Part shown: positions 43,901 through 56,625 of the stretch, in pieces | How the letters are laid out: each line of letters opens with the position of its first letter | How positions within the stretch are numbered: position 1 is the first letter of the stretch | Assembly (NCBI GenBank): GCA_040357565.1 | Contig: JBDODJ010000054.1 | Length of the DNA: 64,000 nt | Strand: one strand, 5' to 3' | DNA from: Cercozoa sp. M6MM | Lineage: Eukaryota > Protista > Endomyxa: Ascetosporea | Position numbers and translations under genes: made by a program | Notes under the pieces: generated by a model | Databases searched by the model: none | Told to the model about the DNA's origin: nothing | What the model saw: the letters and a program-made list of their open reading frames with translations, nothing else

Positions 43901-44559
43901 GAGTCCAATCGATGCCGGTTTGCGTTCGTTTCTGCAGTCGCCTTGCCCACTCGGCTTGTCTTTTCGCCGCTCGAGCACGAACGCGAGCGGCAGCTTCTCT
44001 GGCGGCAAGGAGACGCTTCTCTCTTTGTGTCAAAGGCACCTTAGGCAGCTCTTCGATTTTAGTGGGAACTTTTTTTGGAGCTGGGAGTGCCTTTTTTGGC
44101 AACGCTGGCATGGTAACTGCAGCTGTATACAAAAGTATGGACGGCTGTAAGTATTAGGATTACGTGCATGTGGTTGAACGACGTACCTGCCACAGCAGGA
44201 GCGGGAGGAGGTGTTTTCGCACGTTTCACTGGTCGGCGGAGTGTCACCTTTCGTTGCACCGCTCGCATTGGCACCGATCTGCTGCGTGCCTTGGCCGAAA
44301 GACCCTCTTTCTTGAAAGCGGTTCGCTTCATCTTCTTCTTGGTCGATGAGCGGGACGCTTTCTTTTGAGGCAACAACGCGGCTTGCGAAGCAAGAACGCT
44401 TGTTGTCTCTGGAGGTGCTGGTGCTTTTGCTTGAGTGCGAGTTTTCTTCTTGAGCTTTGGTCTGCGTTTCAGTTTTCCCTTCTTTTTGGAACGCATTTTC
44501 AACACAGCACCACGACCGGGCGGCCCGGTTTTCCCAAGCGGCGGTCGGCGTGGAAGCAT
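34967..44559 (-). CDS. Giant type-II membrane protein: basic cytoplasmic N-terminus, TM, four two-Cys repeats, FN2-like modules, multiple LRR blocks, Cys-rich tail; multi-exon
   Basis: ORFs 44059-44559, 43080-44132, 40814-43054, 40221-40739, 38949-39938, 37357-38490 and others join via GT-AG introns. TM RILILLLVTLILAIAIFALVFWV. LxxLDLxxNxL repeats with NPLQC/NTFRC caps. CIFPF..C..WC..C motifs. CRLCPRGQWS. The 3' end is approximate. Confidence 0.8.
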
Positions 44560-44995
44560 GTGAAACTAAGCAGTTTACCAGCTTGAAGTGAGCTGTGTAT
44601 AAATTACCACTCGGACAAAGAAGTTTTCGGCCTTTCGTTCGGCTCGGAACTCGGAAGTTCAAACGGCGGAATTCGAAATTGAAATGATGCAACGGAACTG
44701 AATCAATCACTCACGACGCAGACGCAAAGGAATTAAAGTAATCTGATCTGGGACTGTTTGAAATAAATCGCATGGGAAACGAGAGATTGATCCCGGGTGA
44801 CGTCAGCGGCAACCAACCCAAGGGTGCGCTAAACCGGCTTGAGATAATTTGTTGCGTTGTGATTGCTAGGAATATTGGTAACACCTAGATTTTGGTTTTT
44901 TAGTTCTTGTTCTCGGACGAAATTTAGAACAACGGAACTGAACTAAAAAAACTAAAAGTAAACAAACAAACCGGCCGGAATGTGCGTGCATCCAA

Positions 44996-46640
44996 TCAGC
45001 CCGAGTGCTGTCCTTGTGAGTCGAGGCGCAGTTGCAGCGTCGCATTTTGATCGCGCAACTCGCAAATCTCGCGACGCAGTTCGGCTACCAGATCGACATC
45101 TTCGCCTGCTTCCTGTCGCCCAAACATCAATGTTTACTTAGGATATTCTGACAGAAAAAATACGAGCGCAGCAAGTCGGCGCTGCAGCTTGACGCGCGCG
45201 ACACGTTCGGCGTTGAGTTTTCGTCGCAGTCTGCACATGCGTTGTGTGACTATGCACCAGCGACAGCACAAGAAGGGTAGAGGAATGCGCTACTCGAGAA
45301 TTTTCTTTTGTGCCTCGGCACGCGTGGCTGCAACCGACTCGTGCGAGACCTGCGAAAGCACAAATAAAGCTTAAAGAACAGGCAAATTGTAGGCAAAACG
45401 ACGACCTGTAACGTCCTCAATTTAGCACTTTGCTCACTAACTTTCGACTGAAAGAAATCTGTGTTCGGGGCCAAACAAAAAGAGGAAGAAGAAGCAGGGT
45501 ACTTCAGTTTGTTTCAGCGACTGCTGAAGTGTCACTATCCGTGCCTGCAGTGTTCAACATGTACAAAGTGGTATGCATCGAACACAAGGAGAGCACCTGT
45601 CGCAGTCGCAGCTCATGCTGCTGCTCGTCACACCGACGTCGCAACTCCACGATCTTGCTTCGGCAGCTTTCACCCGTCTCGCCTATTCCAACAGCGTACA
45701 GCCTCTCTCTTTCTTTCTTTCTATGTATATATATAGACATATATAAATGTGTGTACCGCTGATACTTGTGTCACAAGTGGCACATTCGCCGGCATGCCGG
45801 CGTGCCAGCAGTGTGCGCCTGCGTGATTGGGAACGTGACCGGCCTCGGCTCCTGTTTGACACGTGTTAGCTTGCACTATCACTTCACTCAGTAGAGAAAA
45901 AGAAAAGGAACCGAGACAGACTCTCTTCATCTCGGATCCTCTGCTGAATGGCAATGCACTATGAATGAGATAAGCACCTCAGCTTGAAGTCAATGTACCT
46001 TTGGAGCAGGCTCAAATGCGCTCTTTTGCGTCGCCGCCATGGCGGCAAAGTCGACGTCTACGCATGTGTCAAAGTGCAAACATAACTCAGGGGTAGTACC
46101 AGATACCATGATCAGAAACGAGAGCTTCGAACGGGTTGGCGGTGCTTGAACTCTTGCTTCCTGTGGAGAAATGAAAGCTGTTACAGCAGCACATCACCAC
46201 GAAAAAAAAAAAACAACGCTACCGTCAGCCAGCATGTCGTTTAATGAGGTGACTCCACCTGGGCCCAGGACGAAGCATCGGCATAAAATCAAGACAGAAA
46301 GCACAAAAAACGCACATCTCAGAGCATGCCCCACTGAGCGCCTTCGCTTGCCGTTTCGTGGCTGCACAGTCAATTTTAAATTACTACTTTGCGTAGGTGG
46401 AAAGCACGTATATGCACGGTACAGTCGAGGGCAAGTGAGCAAACGGGGCGGGAGTTGCCTTGGCACTGCTTGCCACGGCTAGGCCGCCACGCTGACCCAC
46501 CGAGCGCGCGCGCTGCCTCAACGAGGTCTGCGAGCCTCGCGGCAGACCAGATGCCGATCTGCCAAACCCAAAATTGCCACAGGCACTACCCAGATGCCAG
46601 GTGTATGGATGTGTACTCAACAAAGGTACCTCTGTTGCAT
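44996..46640 (-). CDS. Hypothetical coiled-coil protein, multi-exon
   Basis: Exons KIVELRRRCDEQQHELRLRQ|ARIVTLQQSLKQTE, RLRRKLNAERVARVKLQRRLAAL|EAGEDVDLVAELRREICELRDQNATLQLRLDSQGQHSG* bounded by GT-AG introns. Start tentative. Confidence 0.6.
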
Positions 46641-46790
46641 GCACCGATCCCTAAATTACATCCAAAGGAAAATGTGCTTTTTCAAGCTCCTGGACCAAAA
46701 AAGCGTTTGCTGTAATTTACAGTTATTTGGCCGAGCAAACAAGAGTGTGTTATCCACTAGACAGAAGAGGAGTCCCATAGCCAACTTGTC

Positions 46791-47461
46791 ATGAGGACTG
46801 CACTTGTAAGCTCTTTCCACGAGCAAGCCAGCTTGTGCCGAAGTCTTGGGGCGCCTTTACTGTCGGACACCTTGTCATATGTGACTTTCATTCGTGAACA
46901 TTTTTTTCGACTGCATTACTCACCGAAGCACATGGTGCATGTGCGTTTGAAATCCAGGCGGCACATGCGATGCAAGTTGGATGTGTAGAAGGTGACTTCT
47001 TGTGGAGACTTTTGGGGCCTTACCTGCCAACGTAAAAAAACTATGAACGTGCCCTCCTGTAATAATATCACAGCTTTCGCGTAGACAAGAACGCCTGCGG
47101 GCGTCGCGACCTGTGAGAATAGATGCTCTTTGACTTGTCCTTTATAGGTGGGAAACTTAGGCACTGCGCTGGTCAGCGGCGTGGCACTACGGCGCGCTGG
47201 CTCAGCACGAAGGAGCCCATGAACTGCGCGCACTCCTTCCCACCTGTGGACACTTTGAGTCGGTACATTTGCACTTATCTCGTTGTTTAGTATCTAGAGC
47301 ACAGCGAAATATGGCTCACAGGTAGAAGGCAGACAAGTTGTGCTCGCTGCCCATTCGTACCTCCGAACAGATCAAGGTCGACGCGTTTTGGAGCGTTTTA
47401 TGCAGCGTTCGGTTCCTCAGGTGAGTCAGAGTGTTCACACACACAAACACACACACACACA

Positions 47462-47517
<56 letters not shown>

Positions 47518-48601
47518 CTAGTGAGCAAACTCACATACTGAGGCACTCGAGAGCAGACCAATGAGGTCGGTCGCAGTGTTGGATTTGTGCTCGGCATGCA
47601 GAGGATTCAGCGCTACCTGCGCGAGGTGGAAGGCTACACGGGGCCCATCCGTGTGCGCGAAATCGGCAGTAGGTGCTTTCAATTGCCCTCTCTCTAATCA
47701 CCCGTATTGCTTAGCCTACCACTGCCTGATTGTGTTTGCTTTCTCCCAGTGCGGGTTTGTGTATGCTACTGCCGCACATCCAGTACCGTCTCCACAATGA
47801 GCACTCCAGTGTCACTCTGGGAGACCCTGACAGCGAACTTGTTCTGGAGAGCCATGTTACTGGTATCGAAAATGTGGATGTTACGATATGGAAGTGATGG
47901 TATACATGGGTATTGCCGTGTTTGATACAGGAGACACTGCCAAAGTCACCGACTTTCTTCAGTCGTGTGAGTGGTTTGAGTGTGAGAGTGTACAAGGATG
48001 CGACCTGCAACCTGTCGTCTTGGACGAGAAGGGCAAGCGAACACTTCGAGCTTTCGTTTGGCCAGATGAGTATGAACGAATGCAGCGACTGGTGCTTTTT
48101 TCTGTCTGACTGGGTTTCAGTTCAAAATTGTGCCAGTGTACTGGTACCCATTTTCATTGGCACAGGAGAAGGCGATGGACTTGATGACTGCTCTGCATCC
48201 GATTCAAGACAGCGAGATCGTGCAAACCTGTGACGCTGCCGATTTCACGCGAGCACAAGTGACATTGCACCAGCAGCAGCAACGGCAAGACCGTGTGCCT
48301 CTTGTTTTCTGCCACTCTGTCGTCGCGGAATGTTTGTTTAGTTTGCGTCGTCATGAAAACACCGAATGAAGGCAATTTGTGCTGTCTGGCAGACTTTGAC
48401 GACGAGACTGAGGCCCAAGTCGCTGCCTGTGTGTCGAATTCGACCCAAGTGTTTCGAATCGCGGTGGAACGGTCGAGTCGAGACCAGGTGCCGCTTGATA
48501 TCACCGTGACTGGACACAAGAACTTCCTGCGTTGGAGTGACTCTGCGAACTGCTCGCGCCTGCAGATGAACACGCGCGGCACCGCATGTGCGGTGTTGTA
48601 G
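46791..48601 (+). CDS. DUF2332-family protein (bacterial-type, SAM-methyltransferase-like fold), intron-containing
   Basis: FHEQASLCRSLGAP, ALRWSAAWHYGAL, PQ|TNEVGRS, EIGSS|AGL..LGDPDSELVL, GCDLQPV..LRAFVWPDEYERMQRL and CDAADF match DUF2332 motifs (QTNEVGR, EIGxSAGL, GCDLxP, LRAYVWPD). Confidence 0.8.
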
Positions 48602-48940
48602 GGCTTCGCTTACCGTAGCAGTAGATAATTAGCTCCTTGTAGTTTAGTTATTGTACCGTCAAGTCGAGTTACGCACCGTAGGGGTGCCTTTTGCGCAAAC
48701 TCACTGTGGTCGGTCAAAAAGAGATCAGGTACCTTTTGCACAGACCCGACGTGGCACGAGGCCTAAATCATGGAACCTTTTGCACAATACAATGACAGCA
48801 ACAAAGAGATTGTACGACATTGCCATTCGTTGTGAGCGTAAGTGCAACGTGTGTCCACAAAACGCGCGTGTTGTCGCAAACAACTCGACCGGCGTGCTCG
48901 GTCGCCGGTTCTATTTCCTGTTGCTGGGAGCGCCAGGATC

Positions 48941-50128
48941 ATGCTGCGATCATTCGAAGTGACAGATGACGACGCGGCTGTGCCTGCCAGTGATGATGAG
49001 GAGGCAATCAGCGCAGCAGACCCTTTCGAGATCGACATTGGTGTTCCCGACAGGCCAACCCTGACAGTACCAACCTCTCCGTGCCGAAACATTGCGCTGA
49101 CGCATGTTTTATTTCTCTGGTAGTTGTCCAGAAGTAAGGTCAAAGCGCGGGTGAGACTGTCAACCGTTGTGGTGACGTTCTTACCGGCCGGCTTTCTCTA
49201 CATCGTCGCGTACGCTACCAAATACGTACTACTTCCTTTCAGCTAGCGCTGAGCTACTCGTGTAATTATCAACACACGCAACAGTGGCTGATAAACATCA
49301 TGGCCGCCTGCGTCAGCTTGTTGGTGATGCTTTACTTTCGGACCGTCATCATACGAACGCGTCGTGCAAGTGTAAGATGTTACCGCAGCACTTTTCGCTC
49401 AACAGTGCACAGAAGCGTTTTTCATACTGTGGCACTCCTACAGGTGTACGCAGAGAAGGCAGGTGTGCGTGCCACTTACGGTGGACTCTTCGGCTACACG
49501 CTGAACTTGATCGTTGGCATGGTCGGCGCTTACTTTCTGTGCGCACACCGGCAGCAGAATATCATGATCCGACGAGTCATTCCCAGTGTGCGCTCTGTAC
49601 TTCCTTCGTCAGTATATCCGGGTCCCTACATTGGTACTACACTGCCGAAATACTAGTGTACGCGAGTGCCAATAAATATGCCCAACTGCAGCACAAATGC
49701 CATCGGATGTGATGGTCGACAGCAAAGTCGCGGCGCGTGCGTGGTTCAGTGATGTCGGCGTCTGCGTCGCTCCCTTGTTTCGGCAGCAAGACGACCGTTC
49801 AGAACTGTTTTCGAATTTCTTCGTCGTCTACGACAGGGACAACGACATCGATCATTTGTGCACCGATCCTCTCGACACTGCCGAGTGGCTGTTCGACCTG
49901 TACCAAATACACCAGCAAGAACGAGAGGTAGCGCTCTCTTTTACCAGATCGTGGGGAGTTAAAGATTACGTGTGTGTGTGTGTGTGTGTCTGTGTGTGTC
50001 TGTGTGTCTGTGTGTCTGTGTGTCTGTGTGTCTGTGTGCGAGTTTCTGTGTGTGTCTGTGTGTGCCTGTGTGTGTCTGTGTGTCTGTGTCTGTGTGTGTG
50101 TGTGTGTGTGTGCGTGTGTGTATGTGTC

Positions 50129-50177
<49 letters not shown>

Positions 50178-50191
50178 GTGTNNNNNNNNNN

Positions 50192-50234
<43 letters not shown>

Positions 50235-50915
50235 GTGTGTGCGCGCGTGTGCGTGCAGGCAACGGGCGACACAGAGTACCTTGCATACGAAGGCAAGTAC
50301 CCAACTCTCGCCACTGCTGTGAGTCCCCCCATATCCTGTCAGGTGTCTTAAGATGTCTGTTAATATTGTTGTGTTCCAACAGGCAGCGTATCGGGTGGCA
50401 GCGAAATACAAATTGTCAATACATGGGCCTCCTAATCTAGTACGACTCAACTCACGTTGTTCCTATGTAGTTATCCCTGACATTCCCTTATACACAGTTG
50501 GACCCACGAAGACCACGCGATGTTCAAGATGCCCGAAAAGTCGTCTTCACGGGTACACCTGTGTTCATTGAATATTCTGCGTGTCCATCGAGAGCACGCA
50601 TTGCTGTTTGCTGTCGCAGCATTGATCATGTTGAGTGTCGTGGTGTCGCTACTCGCGGGCATCATGGTCTACGAGGGTCGCCGTGCACTGTCGCTTCTGA
50701 CCGATTGCGTACACACGCACATCGTGATTCGACACCTGCCGGTGGACTGGCGTGTCGATGTGTTCACGCTGCTGTTCCGCTTGAAGCGACGCGTGCTCTA
50801 CAACAAGTGGAGAGAGGTCTTCTACCGCTTCGATATGCGCAACCCCTTTGGAACCGACGCCATCTGCTACGATCCTGTCGAACGTCGCCGGGCACCGACA
50901 GACTGTCAGCGGTGA
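48941..50915 (+). CDS. Hypothetical multi-pass membrane protein, multi-exon
   Basis: Hydrophobic exons [50 protein letters not shown] and [18 protein letters not shown], with a long loop before the last TM. Stop TGA 50913-50915. Confidence 0.55.
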
Positions 50916-51349
50916 ACAAAGCAAAAACTCAGTCGAAGCGGTTCGCGCCAATGCGTCCACGTCTTGTGATGACCACTCACAATCTTTAACTAAGGTCGAT
51001 CTCGTCCCGGTCCCTGTCCCGTCCTTTCCGCCACGCTCTCTCCCACTGTTGCAATTTAGTCTGTTTTATTTATTTCCTTCCCATATCGTATGAAGACTGT
51101 ACGCAATACAGTATCAAGCATTGAATTGAATTATATGTTAACTACTAACGTAACCCTGACCAGCTGTGTACTGCGTGACTGCTCTACTGTACTGCGCTGA
51201 TCAAGCAACGCAACCCGACGCGACTGGAAAAGCACTGATCCAGCAGCACACGACCGGACCGGACGGGGGGGGGGGGGGGGGGGGGGACAGCGCAGGCGGC
51301 ACTTGAGTATGTGTCACGGTGTCTATATTTTTCCTCGCCCACCTGCTCG

Positions 51350-51794
51350 CTACTGTCGTTTCATTTTGCGCAGGTAACCACGCGAGGTGTGCGTCACGAG
51401 GCCCTGCTGTTCGAGGAGTTGCAGGCGCTGCTGCAGAACGGCGGGCGTGATGGCGTTGGCATCGGCGCACACCAGCGGGTCGCTCGCCAGCAGCGACAGC
51501 AAGAGCGAGTGCACCTGTCCAAGCTGACAGGTACAAAAGACAAGGAGAGGGACATAGAAAGGGTTACCTGAGGCAGCTGACGTGCCTGGAAGCTGGTGAG
51601 TGCGCCCACAATGTAGGCCGAGAGTTTCGCCTCGTTGGATTCCCTGTTGTCGTCGCCGCTATCGGACGTATCGGTTGAAGAGGCGGCGTGCAACCTGCCA
51701 TCGATGGTTTCGTGACCCAGCAGTGCACACTGTCGCAGCACTCGGAGTTCCTCCTGCCACGTCTGCGCCGTGCGTATCCTCTCCTGTCACATAG

Positions 51795-51841
<47 letters not shown>

Positions 51842-54800
51842 AGGGATACATACAGGTCATAGTATTATGAGCAGACACACTCAACAGTACCTCGCCTAGA
51901 ACGACGCCACGCATACGCCAGAACGTCAGCGACTGCCGCAGCATCGGTCGGGAAGACTCCTCAATGCTGAGCGATCGGGCAAGCTCATCCTCGGTCGTAT
52001 CCTATACAGGCAGGGGGAGGGGGTAAAGAGGGCAAAGAGGGTAAGCAGTTGAGATTGTACACGCTGCAGCTGCAGAATTGCCATGAGAGACCACAGCACT
52101 GCTGCCGTCAGCGGCCGCACCTGCACTCAGGAAAAATAAGGAGAGTGAAGGGGTAAAACTGCAAGGAACTACCTGCAAAGCGAAGCAGTAGACGTCATTA
52201 TCGTTGTTGTTGACATTGTTGTTGTTGTTATTGTTGTTGTGCAAGGTGGCACTCGTGTTGAGAGTGCCGTTGTGCAACAAGGAAACCTCGGTGAGATCCA
52301 TGTCGAGCCGCATCGTCGTTTCGGCCTCATCCTCTTCATCGGACTGTTCTGTCTCCACTCTGTACGGACACGCGTGTAGGTCTAAACGCCAGCATATAGA
52401 GAGTGGCGAAAGGGGAGACCGGTGCGCGCGCAGTGTGCATAAGTCCAACTGCACGTGTACAGCGCCTGCGTCACGCCAGCGCAGATGTCGTCCCGCCTGC
52501 TGCTGCTCCAGTTGTCGCGCCAGGTCCTAATAAGCAGGGATACAGGGGGGGGGGGGGGCCCTAAATAAAAGTAAAGTATCTGACCGTACATGAAAGTAAC
52601 GCTCAAGCACAGGCGGGAAACGCCAATGCATGTCGCTGCCGTAGTCAGCTATACTAACAGGGTTGCTCGGGGTAGAAGGGAGACACAGAGACGAGACATT
52701 GAGAGCGACACCGTCACGTGGCAGGTCACCAACGACCTCGTCCTCGGCTTCGTCATCGTCGTCATCGGCACCTCCGTCAAGCAGCAGCTGCGGCCACACC
52801 GTGCGCGACAGCAGCAGCGCTGAAAACGGCGTCTGATTCTCTGTAACACACACACACACACACACACCACACACACACACACACACCACACACACACACC
52901 AGATACAATAAGGGTAACGGGGGGGGGGGTAGATACCCTGCTTCCTGCGCAGTCGATCGCTGTCGTCAATGTCACGCAGCATGCTGTCATGGAGAGGGGG
53001 TAACATCACAAGTTCGAGTATGGAAGAAACGCGCACCCGTCCAGTTGATTCAGCGCGGACGACCCGAGTCGTCGTGCCAGCAACTGACGCATCTCGCGTG
53101 CTTGCTCCTTCGCATGTGGCGACATTTCACTCCCCCCTCTTACTCTTCACTTTACCTCCCCCCCCGCGAGTGAGTGAGTACCGTGTCGAAGAAGGAGGAT
53201 CGCTGTAGAATGGGCGGCGCCACCTGCTTGTCCCGGGTGGCGCTGTCAGTGTCACCGTCAGTGTCACCGTCAGTGTCGCCGTTAGTGTCACCGTCAGCGA
53301 TATAACTAATGACACCGTTATTGGCTTTGTCAGTGGCATTAACGGTGTCAACCGGCGGCAGTGTGGGCGGTGTGACACGCAGCAATTCCAATCCCAAAAA
53401 GCGGTGGATCTACACAGCAGTCTTTTACCCCCTCCACTACCCCAGTTACCCCCCCCCCGTTACCTCAGGCAGCAGCTGCGTGCGCGTGGCCAGCGAGAAC
53501 AGCACGGCGGCGATGTCGGCATCGATCGTGCTGCGGTTCTCCTCTTCCCGATCGTCATCGTCCCTCTCGGACTGCTCAGCTGCGCTGCTTGCGCTCGGAC
53601 GCCAAGACAACAGTGCATTCAGCTGCATACGTGAGGGGTAAATAAGGAGAAAAGGGGGTGCAGAAGGAGTAAACAGGGGGCAAAGAGTAAACAGGGGGCG
53701 AAGAGGGAGTAAACAGGGAGTTGGGGAAGCAAAATAGTCAAGCTACCGACTTGAAGGCCGCGAAAACGTCGTCAGCTTCAGCAGCGGCATCGGCACGAAG
53801 CAGCCAATCCACATTGATCTCAGTTGGCTACAATGCGTACAAACAATGGTACACGTAGACCTACTGGGACACAAAACCGACAGTGCCCACAGTTAGTACC
53901 TGTTCAGACGTGCCACGCTCCGCACGACGCCAGTGCTGCCAATGTTCGCCTGGAAAGATGGTAGTGGGAGAGGGTAAAGGAGTATAAACATCTGCACCTA
54001 GCAGAAGCGACACAACAGCTTGTGCCGTGCCTTCGCGTTTCTCCTGTCGACACACAGCACCAGACAAACATCCAAACAACTTGTTGTCAATGTGGGAATG
54101 TGTGCGAGTACGAGGTGCGCCCGCAGCAGCGGAACGACGCGCTGTCGCAGCGAGAGAACCACGTGTTCCGTCGGGTCGTCGCCTGTCCTGGCATCTGTCA
54201 GTCAGTCACAGAGATCAGTGCCAATCCCAGTACCGGTGTCAGTCAAAGAGACAGTCAGAGAGACTAGCACACGTGCTACCAGAGGAGTGACCGCTGTCCT
54301 CGAGAAACGTTAGTGCGCGCAGCAGTCGGACGCACGCGCGGACTGCCTTCTTGGCGTCTGCACCGAGTTTTCGCGGTCAGACGTATAATTAAGTCCAAGA
54401 GTTCAAAGTGCAGTGTCGTAAAACGCACCAGTGTGACCGAGCACATGTTGCGACAGTTGCGATCGCACGTGCGACAGCAGCAGCGCACGTGCCGAGTCGC
54501 CAGTAAGTTCGCGCGTTTCGCCTCTACACATACACAAAATGAAGGGAGGAGAAATGGGCGCGCGGGGGGGGGGTAAGAACACACCCCGAGTCGAGCAGTA
54601 GCAGGATACTTCGAATATCTTGCAAAAAATGACGTGCTTCTCTGTACGATGCAGAGGGTAGAGAGTCGGGAAGGGTAAAGGGGGTAAATGAGTAACGATT
54701 TCAAAGAAGTACCGCTGCGGGAAAGCAACGCAGGCAGCACACAGCGACGGCGCACGCACACGCAGAAAACAGGAGCGCGCGTGTGCCAAAACACGGCGCA

Positions 54801-55114
54801 GCAGCGGTATTTCTGTGTTCATCAAGGGTAGGGAATGTGTGCACCAGGGATAAGGTATGCAAGGAAGGGTCAAAGGGAGGGGCGAGAAGGCAAAGTACTC
54901 TCTGCTTGAAGCACGGTGAGTACACACAACTGCTGCGCAAAGCGTGCACTGTCGAGAGAGAAGAGATCGCCGGCGACACTGTCGGAGCGCCCCAGCACGA
55001 GAGAGTGCAGCCAGAGCAGTGTCACTCGCATCGTCGTGCGCAGCAGCACGGGCAGACGTGGCGTCTGCTGCGCCCACTGCGACACATGTCGCTGCAGCAC
55101 TCGCCGCACTATCT

Positions 55115-55165
<51 letters not shown>

Positions 55166-55175
55166 NNNNNNNNNN

Positions 55176-55224
<49 letters not shown>

Positions 55225-56313
55225 TATCATACCCTTACCCGATACCCTACGCGCTTACCTCCTCAAGAGGCGTGCAGAACATGAGTTGTAGCGACGATAG
55301 TGACACACAGGAACTCGAGAGTAGTCCTACCAGGTCCAGTAATTAGACAAGGACAGAGAGAGTACACACAGACAGTGGTACCCAACACCGACAGACGCTG
55401 CAGGAGTGCCGCCACCTGCTGGATTCGCGGGTCGCTGTCCAAGCACACAAGCACGTGTTGCACCGAACCGATCGATAGGTCCTGTGTCGACAACAGGCTT
55501 CTGTCAGCGACGTCGGTGAGGAGTGTCTTGTCCCACGCCGACACGTCCAGCAGCGAGTACTCTGTGCGGTCTACTCTTGCGCACACAGGGCATGGTACAA
55601 GGTAGAGTGATATACAAAGGGTACAAGGTGGGTATGGCCAAGTGGGTATGGCCAGGTGGACGGATGGTACAATGTAGAGTGATAGACAAAGGATATACTG
55701 TGCGGATGGAGACCGCAGCAATGCTGCTGGTAGAGTGCGACCGTGCGACGCAAGGGCGCGTCCAAACACAACTCGAGCGCGGCGCGGTGCAGCGAAGGGA
55801 GCGGCGGCAAAAGCACGCTGCGCACCGTCGCATCCACACGCGACTCGCAGTACTCGCTGAGACCTGCCTCTACTTTCGTATCCACAACATCAACAACGTA
55901 GCTGCACCATCCACTGAAGTAGAGCACAGACAGACGCACCTGCTGCAATTCGCAACAAGCGTCTGCGTGGCTCGGCCAGTTCACCCACCAGCGTGTCTGC
56001 CAGTGCCTGCAGGCATCCGCACAAGCATGCGTGTATAGCTTGCAACTCAGATATGTGCAAAATAGATGGACACACAAAGGTACCGTCAGTTGGGTGACGG
56101 CACTGAGTTCTAGTTCGGCCAGCGAAACGTCCTGGTCATCGACCGCCTTGGCGAACGCAATGCCGCGACGGTGACTTCGAGCGGTTGAGGCGAAACGCTC
56201 GCACAGATCGTCGACAGCGGCCACTTTTGAGGTGCTTTGCCCTGTGGGTACTCTAATCTCGGGTCGTGAGTCCTCAAAGAAAAGCACAGGGTACCACGTG
56301 AGTGCAGATCCAT
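51350..56313 (-). CDS. ANAPC2: Anaphase-promoting complex subunit 2 (cullin-like), divergent, multi-exon
   Basis: DADIAAVLFSL, HDSMLRDIDDSDRL..PFSALLLSRTVWP (cf. CEVMLKDMADSRRI..AVILSSEFWP), GRHLRWRDAGAVHVQL, and a C-terminal winged helix SAYIVGALTSF..LGQVHSLL..LQQRLQLLEQQGLV. Confidence 0.7.
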
Positions 56314-56625
56314 GCCAGCAAAGCACAGCAACAAAGGTCCAAAAGATCTCGTCTGCCTCCACTAAGCCGGCTTCCTGACAACGCTAACGGACTTCAAATG
56401 ATATATAACCACCTCAGCGCGCACTAATGCAGTGTTTATACGACAGTTGCTTTTTGGCCAAGCTTGTTGGAGTGTCGGGTGCGGGCAGTTTTTTTGAATT
56501 TTCATTCGTCGTTTGAATACCAAGGGCGACAATCGTGCAAGAAACGCTAAATTAGGTGTTAATTTCACTGTTTTGTGGCAAAGACGACCTCTAAGACGCT
56601 TGAAGTAGGGCTACGGGGTCAGAGC

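Noticed and set aside
42492-44157. Long plus-strand ORFs (303 and 317 aa)
   Set aside because: Antisense shadows of GC-rich exons of the LRR-FN2 gene.
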